This document shows positions 1-12,991 of a stretch of 64,000 nucleotides of DNA, piece after piece (within the stretch, counting starts at the first letter, position 1; every line of letters starts with the position of its first letter). Under the pieces are notes generated by a model, which did no database searches, was not told the origin of the DNA, and saw only the letters and a program-made list of their open reading frames with translations. Position numbers and translations under genes: made by a program. The stretch covers positions 145,080,001 to 145,144,000 of the forward strand of contig NC_082715.1 of assembly GCF_030144855.1 (NCBI RefSeq). The letters are read 5' to 3'. The stretch comes from Hypanus sabinus (lineage: Eukaryota).

Positions 1-403
1 ATGGCTTTGTCTCTTGGATGATAGAACAATGATACCTAATGTAAACAATGACAAATTTACTATCTTAAAGACGGGTCTCATCACAGCTGCAAGAATTATG
101 TTACAAACTGGAAGAAAACCCAGATGTCCCACTGTGAGGGAATGGACTAAGGAAAGGGTTAAGATTTCATCATATGAACACATGTTGGAAAGAATTAACA
201 GTGAGGAAAAAGTGCAAGACGCGTGGGATCAATTTTGGTTGCATGTTGATTTAAACTTAAATTAGAACGTTTTTTTCTGTTTCATAGTTTTATATGTTTT
301 CCGGTCATGGGATGGCTGTGTAAATATTCTGTACTGCATCTTCTCTATGATATGCTGTGTTCCTTTGTAAAATAAGAATAAATCATAAAATTTTGAATTA
401 CAA
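1..403 (+). mobile_element. 3' end of an L1-clade LINE (ORF2 C-terminus, 3' UTR, A-rich tail); right TSD copy follows at 404-417
   Basis: ORF 14..265 matches the ORF2 C-termini at 26156-26573 and 61154-61578. It is followed by AAAAACATAAATAA (404-417), the same TSD seen at 22090 and 61721. Confidence 0.85.
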
Positions 404-1154
404 AAAAACATAAATAAATCAACCTAAGACCAGCGGCGTATTATTGAGTCTCACTGAACCACTGCAAAGGAGAAAATTCCGTTGCAATTCTGAAAAATTT
501 TCCATCGATATTCCAAGTATCATGTTTCACTACAGCACTCCCTTCGTTCCTGCCACTCTGTGTGAAATGCCAAACAGTTGCATCGTCTGTCCACCATCAC
601 AGGCGCTTCATCTCATCCGTGCAGCCAACACTTTAAATGCATTGTGGCAATTAATCACCACGTCGTTTTACATTGACGTTATCAGCGTATAACATGTAAC
701 ACGGGAAAGCTTTTACCCGAACAGTTTAACACGATATTCTGTGGATTATATTGATGATACTTTCCACTTCGGAGACGAGGGTGCAACATAGCAGAAACAT
801 GAGGGTGAATTCCCCAGTTATATTTGGTAAATAACAAGTGGATACGCCTCAGAGACTCAACTCAAATTCCTTCTCAGCTTTCCTTATAACTTTTCTGTAT
901 TCTCGCAATAATCAATTCGTTGTAAGCTAATCTTTTTGTTCGTCTGCTGTCAGTTAATCGCTTCGCATTTCTGGTCAGATGCAGTCCTTCTCCCGTGAGA
1001 TATTCAACCTTAAGCCCACAGTACTTCAGCTGCTTCGTCCCATTTTGATTTATTTTCGTTTATGTGCCCCCGATGCATTTGTATCTGGGGGGTGGAGTTT
1101 GGGGATGCGTGGAAATTTGCAAATGTCAGTGACAGTGAACCTGTGAATCGGTCA

Positions 1155-1880
1155 TAAACTGGTAAATTTTCAAATTGCTTAATTGTCGTCCCATGTACCG
1201 AGGTGCAGAGAACAACTGTTTTTCAGGTCATTCATGCAGATCAGTTCATCAGTGCATTGAGATTGCACAGGCGAGCAGAATAAAGTGTTACAGTTACAGA
1301 GAAAGTGCAGTACAGGTAGGCAGTAAGGTGCAAGGGCATAACGACATAGAATGTGAGGTCAAGACTCTATCTGATCAAAGTAGTGAAACATTAAGAGGTC
1401 ACATAACACCGAGACAGACGCTGTCCTTGAGCCTGGCGGTATGTGGCTTTAACGCTTTTGGATCTTTTGCCCGATGGGATGGAGGAGAAGAGAGAATGTC
1501 CGTGATGGTTGACGTCTTTCCCTATATTGACTGCTTTGCCGAGGCAGCGACAGTGTACACAGAATCCATGGAGGGGAGTTGCCTTCCGTGATGTGCTGAG
1601 CTCTATGCGCAACTCTCTTTAGTTTATTTCAATTACCAGCAGAGCAGACACCATACCCAGCCGTGATGCATCCAGACGGAATTCATCGATAAAAATTGCT
1701 GAAGTCAAAGTTAGAGCGCCAGTGAGCGCTCTTTGCCGTGACAGCTACGTGGTTGGACCAGGATAGGTTGTTGGTGACGTTCACTCCACTGAACTTGAAT
1801 TTCTCAACCCTCCCGATCTCAGCATCGTTTACATAGTTGCCCCGCCCATTTCCTGAAATCAAGATCCAATTCATTCGTGA
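1155..1880 (-). mobile_element. 5'-truncated, degenerate Rex1/Babar-type LINE fragment directly upstream of the V promoter (unit 1)
   Basis: The minus strand encodes ..RVEKFKFSGVNVTNNLSWSNHV.., resembling the Rex/Babar RT C-terminal motif VERVxSFKFLGVxIxxxLSWxxH. Homologous copies precede all four VJ genes. Boundaries are approximate. Confidence 0.65.
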
Positions 1881-1886
1881 GTAGAG

Positions 1887-1894
1887 ATCTGCAT
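1887..1894 (+). promoter_or_regulatory. Octamer-like element ATCTGCAT (1 mismatch to ATTTGCAT) of the VL promoter
   Basis: It lies about 120 bp upstream of the leader ATG and is identical in all four units (1887, 28211, 46928, 63197). The position is typical of Ig light-chain octamers. Confidence 0.55.
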
Positions 1895-2010
1895 GTATAT
1901 ATATTTCAGTGACTTTGCAGTCTTCCACAGTTCTTAAGGAGCAGCTTCGAAAGCCCTGAACAGGACTTGTGTCCGAAAGCCTTTGACTTCTGATTCTTAT
2001 CAGCTTCACC

Positions 2011-2059
2011 ATGGCTGAATGGGTCCTGGTTCTTGCCGCGTTTGTGTCCTGTTTGTTCA
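2011..2059 (+). CDS. Ig light-chain leader exon, gene 1 (MAEWVLVLAAFVSCLF)
   Basis: Kozak-like ttcaccATGG, a hydrophobic 16-codon peptide plus 1 nt, a GTAAGT donor at 2060, and an 87-nt phase-1 intron ending in AG at 2145-2146. Confidence 0.93.
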
Positions 2060-2146
2060 GTAAGTAGAATACTTAATCCTTTATACTGTCCTTTATGTTG
2101 TCTTTTTAATTAAGGGCTTTAAATAATTATCTGTTATTTTCGCCAG

Positions 2147-2494
2147 CTGCAAACGCGGAGATGACTTTGACACAGTCACCGTCCGTATCGTCGTCTCCGG
2201 GTAGAACCGTGAAAATAACTTGTACCATGTCAGGGGGCAGCATCAACAGCTACTACACGAGCTGGTACATGCAGAAAACCGGCGGCGCCCCAGTTTTTGT
2301 GTGGTATGAAAGCTCCACGAGAGGATCGGGAATTCCAGATCGATTCACCGGTTCCGTAGACTCACCGAGCAACCAAATGCATTTAACCATCACCAACGTG
2401 CAACGGCAGGACGCCGCCGATTATTACTGTGGTGTCTGGGACAATAGCAACAACATATTCACCTTTGGGAGAGGAACCAAACTGAATTTCAACA
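2147..2494 (+). CDS. IGLV: Germline-joined VJ exon, Ig lambda-type (type II) light chain, gene 1; CDR3 GVWDNSNNIFT
   Basis: Ig V hallmarks ITC, WY, DAADYYC and FGRGTKL lie in one uninterrupted frame with no RSS between V and J. The GTAAGT donor is at 2495. Confidence 0.95.
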
Positions 2495-3124
2495 GTAAGT
2501 AAATATTTGTTGGGGTCTAATCACCTTTTGATTTTGTTTGTTTTTTTTTGTTTGACCCTCGGAATAATATTATCAATCCAGATGCTTCGATCTGATTTAC
2601 AGTCCGCCTCTCATTAGTTTTCCAATACCGCAGGCAGAAAACTAACACATATGCATCCTGTTTGCTTGGTAGGGTTACTTAATTTAGCTGAAAAGTATCT
2701 TCAGAACAATCTGAGTTCATTGCCATGACATTTTTAAAATAGTTTCGTGAATAGATGCTTCGTGCTGCTAGCAAGTGTTTCTTAAAAGTTTCCCAGGGAA
2801 CAGATGTATTAAAATACATTCCCAACAGTCAGGTTTTGCACTAGACAACCGACTTGTAGTCGAGTTTAGAGCCCGCAAGTTCCTATATAAATGATCCGAA
2901 TACCAATCGTCTGGAATAATTTTTGTTAGTTTTTTATAATTTATTTCTGCTAATATTACTTTAGTTTGTGTGTATTGTGTTGTGCACCTTGGTCTCCTAA
3001 AGCGTTTTTATGTTTGACCGTCTACATCTACACAGTTGACTGACGATACAATTTATCCTGAACCTGAAACTTAATGGAGACAAGAGCCGAGCTGTGAATG
3101 TTACCGAATTGCGATAGAGAAGTT

Positions 3125-4775
3125 CTATTTCATTAAGACGGTAAAACCTAGGAACAGAATTCGACCCCATGAGTCTGCTGCGTCATTTGATCATTGCTGG
3201 TATATTTTTCTCTCAAGCTCATTCTCCTGACCTCTCTCCATGACCTTTGATGCCGTTGCTAATCAAGAGACTATAAACTCAGTTTTAAATTTCCCCAAAG
3301 ACCTGGTCTCCACAGCATCCTTTGGGAATACATTCTACAGATATACCACTTTACAGATAAATCAAATTCTCCTCATCTCTGCTCGAAAGGGCTATCCTTG
3401 CATTCAAAGGATTTTCTCTCAGTTTTAGCCTCTCACACTGTAGGGAGCATCCTCCCACTTCCACTCAATCTAGCTCTTTCAGTATTCGGTGGGTTAAAAT
3501 GAGACTTCATCCTCCCCCCGCCACACCCCCGCAGCCACTTTTATTCTGAAATCCAACGTGTACAGGCCCAGGGCCATCAAATGCTCCTTATACTTTAACT
3601 CTTTCATTGTCAGGATCTTTCCTCTCGTCCTTCTCCAATGCCGGCACGTACATCTTTTCTTAGATATTTGGCACGAAACTGCTTACAATAGTCTAAATCT
3701 GCTCTGGCTATTCGCTTTTAAATCATTAGCATTAAATCTTTGCTTTTATAGTCTGCTCATCTCGAAATAAATACTAAGCATGATATTGCCGACAAGTTAA
3801 CATTTTGGGAACCCTGCAGGATGACTTTCAGTTCTCCTTGAACCTCCGACTTCTTAATTCGGGCTCCATTTAGGAGTCTGTGCCTTTATTGCTTCTACCA
3901 TCGTCCACGACCATGCAATTTCCTACACTGTACTCCATCTGTCACTTATTTGCCCATTCACCTGATCCGTCAAGATCATTCTGCAGACTCCTACTGCCTC
4001 AACACTGTCTACTCCTCCACCTGTCTTTGCATCATCCGCAAACCTGGCCACAAATCCATAAATCCCGTCGTTCAGATCACTAACTTCCAGCATGAAACGT
4101 AGCAGACTCAACACCGATCCTTGCAGAACACCACTAGTCACCGGTTGCCAACCAGAATAGATTATACTCACGCTTTTCTCCTGCCAGTCAGCAAATGCTC
4201 CGTCTATGCCTGTGATAGCTTATGCTCTTATCATGTTAAGCAGCCTGATGTGTGACACTTTGTCAATGGTCTTCTGAAAATCCAAGTCAATAACATCCAC
4301 TGATTCGTATTTGTATATCCTGCCTGGTATTTTCTCAAGGAATCTCAGCAGATTTGTCAACTAAATTTCCCCTTAAGGGAACCTTGCTGATCACGGCTTA
4401 TTTTATCGGTACCACCAAGTACCTAGAAATTCCGTCCTTACTAATAGATTCTAGCAATCTCAATGTGTTTAAATTTCGATTAAACATCAGTACGTTTACT
4501 AAGAAATTAATTGACGTCAGACTAACTGGCCCATAATTTCTTGCATTTTGCATCCCTCTCTTCTCAGAGTGTGGAGTAATATTTGTGATTTTCCAGTACA
4601 CCGGACCCGTTGGCCCATTCTTGAAAGCTCGTTACTAATGCCTGTCTAATCTATCCAGCTACCGCCTTCAGAATCCTGGAGTGTAGTCCATCTAGTTTGT
4701 CGACTTATCTAACCTCAGATCTTTCACCTCCCCCAGCTCCTTCTCCCTTGTCATAGCAACTACTATCACTTATGT
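3125..4775 (-). mobile_element. Degenerate CR1-clade LINE in the J-C intron (unit 1)
   Basis: The minus-strand ORF 3923-4171 has the RT motifs GVLQGSVL and FADDAK, with a CR1-type 3' end near 3130-3350. Paralogues lie at 10010 and 29478. Confidence 0.8.
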
Positions 4776-6119
4776 TTAACTTCCATTTAGGCCTAATTTC
4801 GATCTTTGTTTGCTCAATTTGATCCTTTCACGTGACTTGCGCTCCTCTTGTTCTATACCTATTAACCGGAAGTCATCAAGATTCTGGTGCTCAGTTCAAA
4901 CTTCTACCCAATTTGCCTTCAGCAGGACGCCACCCCAGAGCCCACCTAGGCCTCTCCAGTGTGTTTGAACTTCTGCGCCGTCTCCGTATAAATGTCTCAG
5001 CTTTGATAACAAATTATCACTCAGCCCACCTGTTTTGTTTACATTTCAAACTCCCCGGTCCCGCATGCCACTGGGTATCTAATTTTTGGATACCTGATCA
5101 TTACTGTACTAAGGGATTTTTCCTTGAATAACAACTCTGAGGTCTGAAACACTGGAAAATCGCTCCTTAGCATTTCTGACTTTTCGCCGCGTTTTCCTCC
5201 GAGATACTACCGTAAAACAATTCCCTTGTAAATTCTGTTCTGTAGTCTTGATATCTTATTGTGTGAATGGGTTCAACTTTTCAAGTCATTGAAAGAAAAT
5301 GATTATGAATACATTGACTCAGGTATCTACATCTTCTGGATTTCATAGACCTCTGAGAGTTGTTATCGGGTTTTCCTTCAGTGTGTATCTCCCGCGTCCA
5401 ATCAACCTTTTCGGAATTAATTGTGGGACAAAAAACTAAAAAATCCAAGTATAAAACTTTAACTGGCATTATTTATTCCCATAACAATATTTCCATGATT
5501 TTTAGCCATTCACAATTCTCATTTACTGCCGCGAATTCTGGCATCACCGAGGAGAGACAAAGGCACAGTATTTTTATCAAATCCACTGCCCATCTCTTGC
5601 TTTTTACGTGAAGAGCTGCGACGACTTTTCGGAGTTTTGCCACGCGCTTTGCCATATCCCTTTCGGGGTTTCTTATTGGTTCTGTGATTCATGATTTAAC
5701 ACCATGGACCATGGCAAAAATCTATCACGATATTAACTATAGCACAGTTACATCAGATTGGATCGGGGTATCATGGGATATCTAAAGTATATCTTACGTA
5801 TGTTAGAGAGTATTTCACGAATAGAGGTTTCCGTCAGCGAAGCCTCTCCAGTCGGGTTTTCTTTTGCCATTCCAGCGAAATTTGTTATTTTATTGCTTTG
5901 AAGTTTGCTGTTATGGAAAACTCTCTCTTTCCTTTACTTTGTAGCTGCTTCTAATGTTCATGATGTATATTGCCTTTGATGTGTTCGTGGAAGATCAAAA
6001 CGCCCGGGTTCTCATGCGTTCTGAATTTTATGGTTGTAAAATGGTTGAAAAAAGGCAAAGTTTGATTCCAATTTATATCAATTAATAACTAATTTCCCTG
6101 CACTTCTTTCTATTTACAG

Positions 6120-6442
6120 ATCCGCGAAAACCCGCCGTATCCGTCCTTCGACCGTCTGCGGAAGAAATTCAAGGACAGGGCACCGCCACCCTGGTGTGTT
6201 TAGTGAGCGGGTTTAATCCGGCCGCTGTGAATATCGAGTGGACTGTGGACGGCAGTACGAGAAGGAATGGCGTTGAGACCAGCCGGATCCAGCAGGACGC
6301 CGACAACACGTTCAGTACGAGCAGTTACCTGACTCTGCCAGCCTCAGACTGGAACTCACACGAGCGTTACTCCTGCGTGGTTAAACACGAGACTCAGGCA
6401 ACCCCATTTCAAACAAACATCGCGCGATCCAGCTGTATGTAA
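6120..6442 (+). CDS. IGLC: Ig lambda-type constant exon C1 (NPRKPAVSVLRPS...TLVCLV...WTVDG...YSCVVKHE...RSSCM*), completes gene 1
   Basis: Polypyrimidine tract and AG at 6118-6119, phase 1 matching the J donor. It has the C1-set Cys/Trp/Cys pattern, a penultimate Cys for H-L linkage and a TAA stop. Confidence 0.95.
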
Positions 6443-6471
6443 TACAATATGTTTAGACGCCATTGCTTTCA

Positions 6472-6477
6472 AATAAA
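6472..6477 (+). terminator. Polyadenylation signal AATAAA of gene 1
   Basis: It lies 30 nt after the C1 stop. The same position carries AATAAA after C2 and after the pseudogene C. Confidence 0.75.
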
Positions 6478-8439
6478 ACAAATGAATTTCATGTACTGAT
6501 GTTAAATTTTCGATTGTAGCTGACACATTTTTCAACCCGGAGAAAATAATGTCATTCATAAATTACATTCGTTCTGAAATTAACATCATCAATGTAATAT
6601 TATCCCAAAGTAATTAAAATCTACCCGATCTACTGTGTCGGTTTTGTCAATATGTCCGACAAGAGCATAATTTTTCAAAAGTTTGCATAGATAGTGAAGA
6701 TGATCAAACTTTGGCATTCGATGAAGTAAAACAGCCAACGTCGCTTAAACGTTGTACTAGCTATTGGGTAGGTTTTCCTACTGAAGAAATCATATTCACC
6801 ATGGCTACATCAGGACAAGTGGTGTAATTACCTGTCAGCGAAGTTTACATACATAGTAAAAGAAATCTTGATACTGCCTTTATTTGAACATCGCAGGCAT
6901 ATTTGATTTCCAGTTTTAGCATTGTATTCTTCATGGAAATGGTTTTTCTACAGCTCGTCATATTCGGGGAGACAAGGGCTTGTGTACACTGTGTCATCAG
7001 CGGCGCAGAGCAAAATAGCACTTACTGGAGTTCAAACTAATACTTGCTCAAGTGTGCTTCGGAACTACAGTTTTCAGTAGAGGTGATTTCGGCTTACGAT
7101 ACCTGCCAAACATTGAAAATGCTAGTCCTAAGCATTTCTAATAAACTTCTAGTAAATAGTATGACGGTGGTTGTTTGTCCAAAGCTACTCGGGGCTTCAA
7201 AACAGTGAAGCGCTGAAGACAGCGCACCGACATTTGTACATTAGTTTGTAGAATATATATGATAGCTTTCTGTGTGTAATGTAGAACACCGTGGCCATAG
7301 TACAGAGGTCGAGGAAACGGTATTCTAAACATAGGATAAATATGTCAAGTAATTAACGTAAAAGATCATTTTCAGGCGAATGAGAATACCGATTGTACTC
7401 ACATCTTTCTAACAGGTTATACAAGTTGCCTTATCTCGATAAGAAAAGAATAGCAAGAGCAAGTTTGCAACTAATCATTGAAATTCATACATGGGTTATT
7501 GAAACGGGGACATTAATATCACGTGATCTTCATCAGTCACTCTGGACTGAGGCCGTTGGACTTGCCTTCTCTGAGTATGGAAGGCCTAAGGAGTTCCCTG
7601 TATCTTTACAGCTGCACAGACCAACCCTTGCTCTGAGCAGGACATTTTTACACGGACTGTAAACTGCACAGTACTTTAAAATCACATTATATAAAAATAA
7701 ATTCCAGTATCGCACCAGAAAGTCTGTGTCCGCGGGGGCATTCCAGTTCCTGCGCGGCAGCTGCACGTTTGTACTTGGTGTGGCAGACCATTCAGTGTTG
7801 TGACAGGACGATAAAATGACCAGAACTGCGCTGGGATATTTTGTCAAAGGGCATGGCTCACTTCAAACTATGAAAGTTTGGAAGCATTCATTCAACATTT
7901 CTGATTTTTTTTCTGTCATTCAAATACGTTTAAAATCCTTAAAATATATTTAACAATTACTAAATCGCACAGTAATTAAATACTTAAACGACTTAAAACG
8001 AAAAGAATACACACGAATGGTTAAAATGTAAGGATACCACCGCTTCATTTTTTTTCTAACATCTTCACAATTCACATTGAAGCAAATTACCGCTGGAGTT
8101 TCTGCGGCTGGTACGAAGGCAAAGTGAAAGAGTGCAGTAATTTCCACTCCATTGCTGTGTACTTGGAGAGTCGGGAAGTGGAAGAGCTGTGGAATGCAGA
8201 TGGAGCTCCGGCAGATGGATTGAATTCTGCCAGTAGCAATATGGAGAAATGTTGGCATTTCCATGTAAAAATTACAGACCATCCAAAAAAATGTTGGGGT
8301 TTGATGACTGGAATGTTTTTATTAACAATACATTCCAAGCTGTGGATCAGCTCACAGATTGAGCTGCATAATGGAGAGGTGGTGTATACAGAGAAATATA
8401 TGATTGATCGCGATTACTATTATTGAAGAGAGTACACAG

Positions 8440-9670
8440 AAACGTTAACCATAGCACAGGCCTTTTGGCCCTCGATGTTCTGCCCACCTTTTAACCTAAT
8501 CCAAGATCAATCTAACCATTCCCTTCCACAGAGCCCTCCAGTTTTCTTACATCCATTGGCCTAAGAGTTTCTTAAATGTCCCTGGTATATTTGCCTCGAC
8601 CTCTACACTGGCAAGGCATTCCACGAACATAACACACCGTGTAAAGAATTTACCTCTGACATCCTCTATATTTTCGTCCAATCACTTTAAAAGTCTGCCC
8701 TCTCGAATATACCACTGCCACCCTAGGCAATAGGCACTGGTTATCCTTTCTATCTACTCCTCTTATCTTATGCATCCCTGTCAGGTCGTCTTTCAACAGT
8801 CTTCTTTCCAAAGCGAAAAGCCCTTGTTCACTCAATCTATCCTGATAAGACATTTTCGCTAATCCAAGCGGCATCGAGGTAAATCTCCTCTAAACCTTCT
8901 CTACAGCTTCCATGTCCTTCCTATTGTGACCAGAATCAAACACAACAATTTAAGTGTGGTCTATTAGAATTTTATGGAAATACATTAGCCGGCTGCCCTT
9001 GAACTCGATCCCTGACTAATGAAGGCTACATGCCTTCTAAGCAACTCTATTGACGCGCAGCAATTTTTGAGAGATCTATGGGAGTGGACCCCAGGATTTC
9101 TTTCTCATCTACACTGCTAAGGATCTACTCTTTAACCTTTGATTTGGCTTTTCCAAAGTCCATTCTTTCACATTCTTCTGCATTAAAAACCATCTACGGC
9201 AATCTTATCCACAGCACCAACAGCCTTCTGTCAACTATCCCATCGCCCTTTACATAGACCATAGCTGTCCATACCCTCCCATTCATATTCTTTTAATATT
9301 TAGAACAGTTTAAATATTGAACTCGAACTGCAAGCACTATTTCCACTGGCAATTCGTTCCACACTCTCCCTACTCTCTGTGATGAAACTCCTCCTCACGT
9401 TCCCCCTAAACATTTCACCTTTCACCCTCAGCCCATGACCTTTAATTCTAGTCTCACCCAACCCGAGTATGAAAAGCCTGCTTACATTTACCCTATCTAT
9501 TCCCCACATCATTTTTCATATCTCTATCCAATCTCCACTCATTCTCTTATGCTCCAAGTAAGAAGGCGCTAACCTCTTCAACATTTCCACATAATTTTCG
9601 CCCTCAAATCGAGAAATCAATTTTGTTGACATCTCTGCTGAAAGTAGGAAGTTGTCCAGAGCAGCACACA
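8440..9670 (-). mobile_element. CR1-clade LINE fragments in the 3' flank of unit 1
   Basis: Minus-strand ORFs resemble the CR1 ORF2 C-terminus (LFALERRLLKDDL..HKIRGVDR; MWGIDRVN..ETRIKGHGL). Confidence 0.75.
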
Positions 9671-10009
9671 ATGTATTAAAATATATTCCCAGCATGAGCT
9701 TTTGCACTAGACAACCGAGTTGTAGTCGAGTTTAGAGCCCGCAAGTTACTATATAAATGATCCGAATACCAATCGTCTGGAATAATTTCTGTTAGTTTTT
9801 TATAATTTATTTCTGCTAGTATTACTTTAGTTTGTGTGTATTGTGTTGTGCACCTTGGTCTCCTAAAGCGTTGTTATGTTTGACCGTATACATCTTCACA
9901 GTTGACTGACGATAGAATTTATTCTGAACCTGAAGCTTAATGGGGGCAAGAGCCGAGCTGTGAATGTTACCGAATTACGATAGAGAACTTCTATTTCATT
10001 AAGACAGTA

Positions 10010-11640
10010 AAACCTAGGAACAGAATTCGACCCCATGAGTCTGCTACGTCATTTGATCATCGCTGGTATACTTTCTCTCAAGCTCATTCCCCTGACCTCT
10101 CTCCATAACCTTTGAAGCCGTTGCTAATCAAGAGACTATAAACTCAGTTTTAAATTTCCCCAAAGACTAGGTCTCCGCAGCATCCTTTGGGAATAAATTC
10201 TACAGATTTGCCACTTTACGGATAAATCAAATTCTCCTCATCTCTGCTCTAAAGGGCTATCGTTATATTCAAACGATTTTCTCTCAGTTTTAGCCTCTCA
10301 CACTGCAGGGAGCATCCTCCCACTTCCACTCAATCTAGCTCTTTCAGTATTCGGTAGGTTAAAATGAGACTTCATCCTCCCCCCGCACCACCCCCCCCCC
10401 CGCCACCTTTCTTCTGAAATCCAGCGTGTACAAGTCCAGGACCATCAAATGATCCTTATACTTTAACTCTTTCATTGTCAGGATTTTTTCTTTCGTCCCT
10501 CTCCAATGCCAGCACGCACATCTTTTCTGAGATATTTGGCCCAAAACTGCTTACAATGGTCTACATCTTCTCTGGCTATTGTCTTTTAAAACATTAGAAA
10601 TTAATCTTTTCTTTTATAGACTGCTCATCTCGAAATAAATACTAAGCTTGGTATTGCCTGCAGGTTAACATTTTGGGAACCCTGCAGGATGACTTTCAGG
10701 TCTCCTTGTACTTCTGACTTCTTAATTCGGTCCCCATTTAGGAGTCTGTGCCTTTATTCCTTCTACCATCGTCCACGACCATACAATTTCCTACACTAAA
10801 CTCCATCTGTCAATTCTTTGTCCGTTCACCTGATCCGTCAAGATCATTCCGCAGACTCCTACTGCCTCAACACTGTCTACTCCTCCACCTGTCTTTGCAT
10901 CATCCGCAAACCTGGCCACAAATCCATACATCCCGTCTTTCAGATCATTACCTTCCAGCATGAAACGTAGCAGACTCAACACCGATCCTTGCAGAACACC
11001 ACTAGTCACCGGTAGCCAACCAGAACAGATTATCCTCATGCTTTTCTCCTGCCAGTCAGCCAATGCTCCGTCTATGCCTTTGATATCTTATGCTCTTATC
11101 GTGTTAAGCAGCCAGATGTGTGACACTTTGTCAATGATCTTCTGAAAATCCAAGTCAATAACATCCACTGATTCGTACTTGTATATCCTACCTCGTATTT
11201 TCTCAAGGAATCTCAACAGATTTGTCAACTAAATTACCCCTTAAGGGAACCATGCTGATCACGGCTTATTTCATCGGATGCCACCATGTACCTAGAAATT
11301 CCGTCCTTACTAATGGATTCTAGCAATCTCAATGTGTTTATATTTCGAATAAACATCAGTATGTTTACTAAGAAATTAATAGACCAATTGGCCCATAATT
11401 TCTTGCATTTTGCATCTCTCTCTTCTCAGAGTGTGGAGTAATATTTGTGATTTTCCAGTACACCGGACCCATTGACCCATTCTTGAAAGCTCGTTACTAA
11501 TGCCTGTCTAATCTATCCAGCTACCGCCTTCAGAATCCTGGAGTGTAGTCCATCTAGTTTGTCGACTTATCTAACCTCAGATCTTTCAGCCTCCCAAGCT
11601 CCTTCTCCCTTGTCATAGCAACTACTATCACTTATGTTTA
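10010..11640 (-). mobile_element. CR1-clade LINE in the duplicated intron
   Basis: ORF 10791-11063 has GVLQGSVL/FADDAK and is paralogous to 3125-4775. Confidence 0.8.
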
Positions 11641-12991
11641 ACTTCCATTTTGGCCTAATTTCGATCTTTGTTTGCTCAACTTGATCTTTTCACGTGACTT
11701 GCGCTCCTCTTGTTCTATACCTATTAACCGGAAGTCATCAAGATTCTGGTGCTCCGTTCAAACTTCTACCCAATTTGCCTTCAGCAAGACGCCACCCCAA
11801 AGCCCACCTCGGCCTCACCAGTGTGTTTGAACTTCTGCGCCATCTCCGTGTAAATGTCTCAGGTTTGATATCAAATTATCACTCAGCCCACCTGTTTTCT
11901 TTACATTTCAAACTCCCCGGTTCTGCATGGCCACTTAATATCTTATATTTGGATACTTGATCATTACTGTACTAAGTGATTTCTCCTTGAATAACAACTC
12001 TGAGGTGTGAAACACTGGAAAATCGCTCCTTAGCATTTCGGACTTTTCGCTGCGTTTTCCTCCGAGATACTACCGTAAAACAATTTCTTTGTAAATTCTA
12101 TTCTGTAGTCTTGATATCTTATTGTGTGATTGGGTTCGACTTTTCAAATCATTGAAAAAAAATGATGATGAATACTTTGACTCAGATGTCCACATCTTCT
12201 GGATTTCATAAACATCTGAGAATTGTTATCGGGTTTTCCTTCAGTGTGTATCTCCCCGGTCCAAACACCACTTTCGGAATTAATTGTGGGACTAAAAACT
12301 AAAAAATCCAAGTATAAAACTTTAACTGGCATTATTTATTCCCATTACAATATTTCCATGATTTTTAGCCATTCACAATTCTCCTTTACTGCGGCGAATT
12401 CTGGCATCTCCGAGAGGAGACAAAGGCACAGTATGTCAATCAAATCCACTGCCCCATCTCTTGCTTTTTACGTGAATAGCTGCGACGACATTTCGGAGTT
12501 TTGCCACGCGCTTTGCCATATCTCTTTCGGGGTTTCTTATTGGTTCTGTGATTCATGTCTTTACGATTTAACATCATGGACCATGGCAAAAATCTGTCAC
12601 GATATTAACTATAGCACAGTTACATCAGATTGGATCGGGGTCTCATGGGATATCTAAAGTATATCTTACGTATGTTAGAGAGTATTTCACGAATAGAGGT
12701 TTCTATCAGCGAAGCTTCTCCAGTCGGGTTTTCTTTTGCCATTCCATCGAAATTTGTTATTTTATTGCTTTGAATTTTGCTGTTATGAGAAACCCTCTCT
12801 TTCCTTTACTTTGGAGTTATTCCTAATGTTCATGATGTATATTGCCTTTATTGCGTTTGTGGAAGATCAAAACGCCCAGGTTCTCATGCGTTCTGACTTT
12901 TATGGTTGTAAAATCGTTGAAAGAAGGCAAAGATTGATTCCAATTTATAACAATTAATAACTTATTTCCCTGCACTTCTTTCTCTCTACAG

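Noticed and set aside
1175-2012. ORFs 1175-1591 and 1683-2012 and their paralogues (27260-27946, 45979-46662, 62993-63322) as protein-coding genes
   Set aside because: They are sense or antisense readings of the degenerate Rex-type LINE fragment and promoter, with starts, stops and frames that differ between units.
2147-2494. Joined VJ exons as processed (retroposed) pseudogenes or somatic rearrangements
   Set aside because: The introns and promoters are retained, all four copies are joined, and germline joining is the established state for this light-chain type.
7393-7662. An 89-94 aa ORF repeated in three units (7393, 33362, 49277) as a novel small gene
   Set aside because: It starts at TTG, has no recognisable domain, and the gene-2 copy is frameshifted near its end. 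Persistence is explained by recent segmental duplication.
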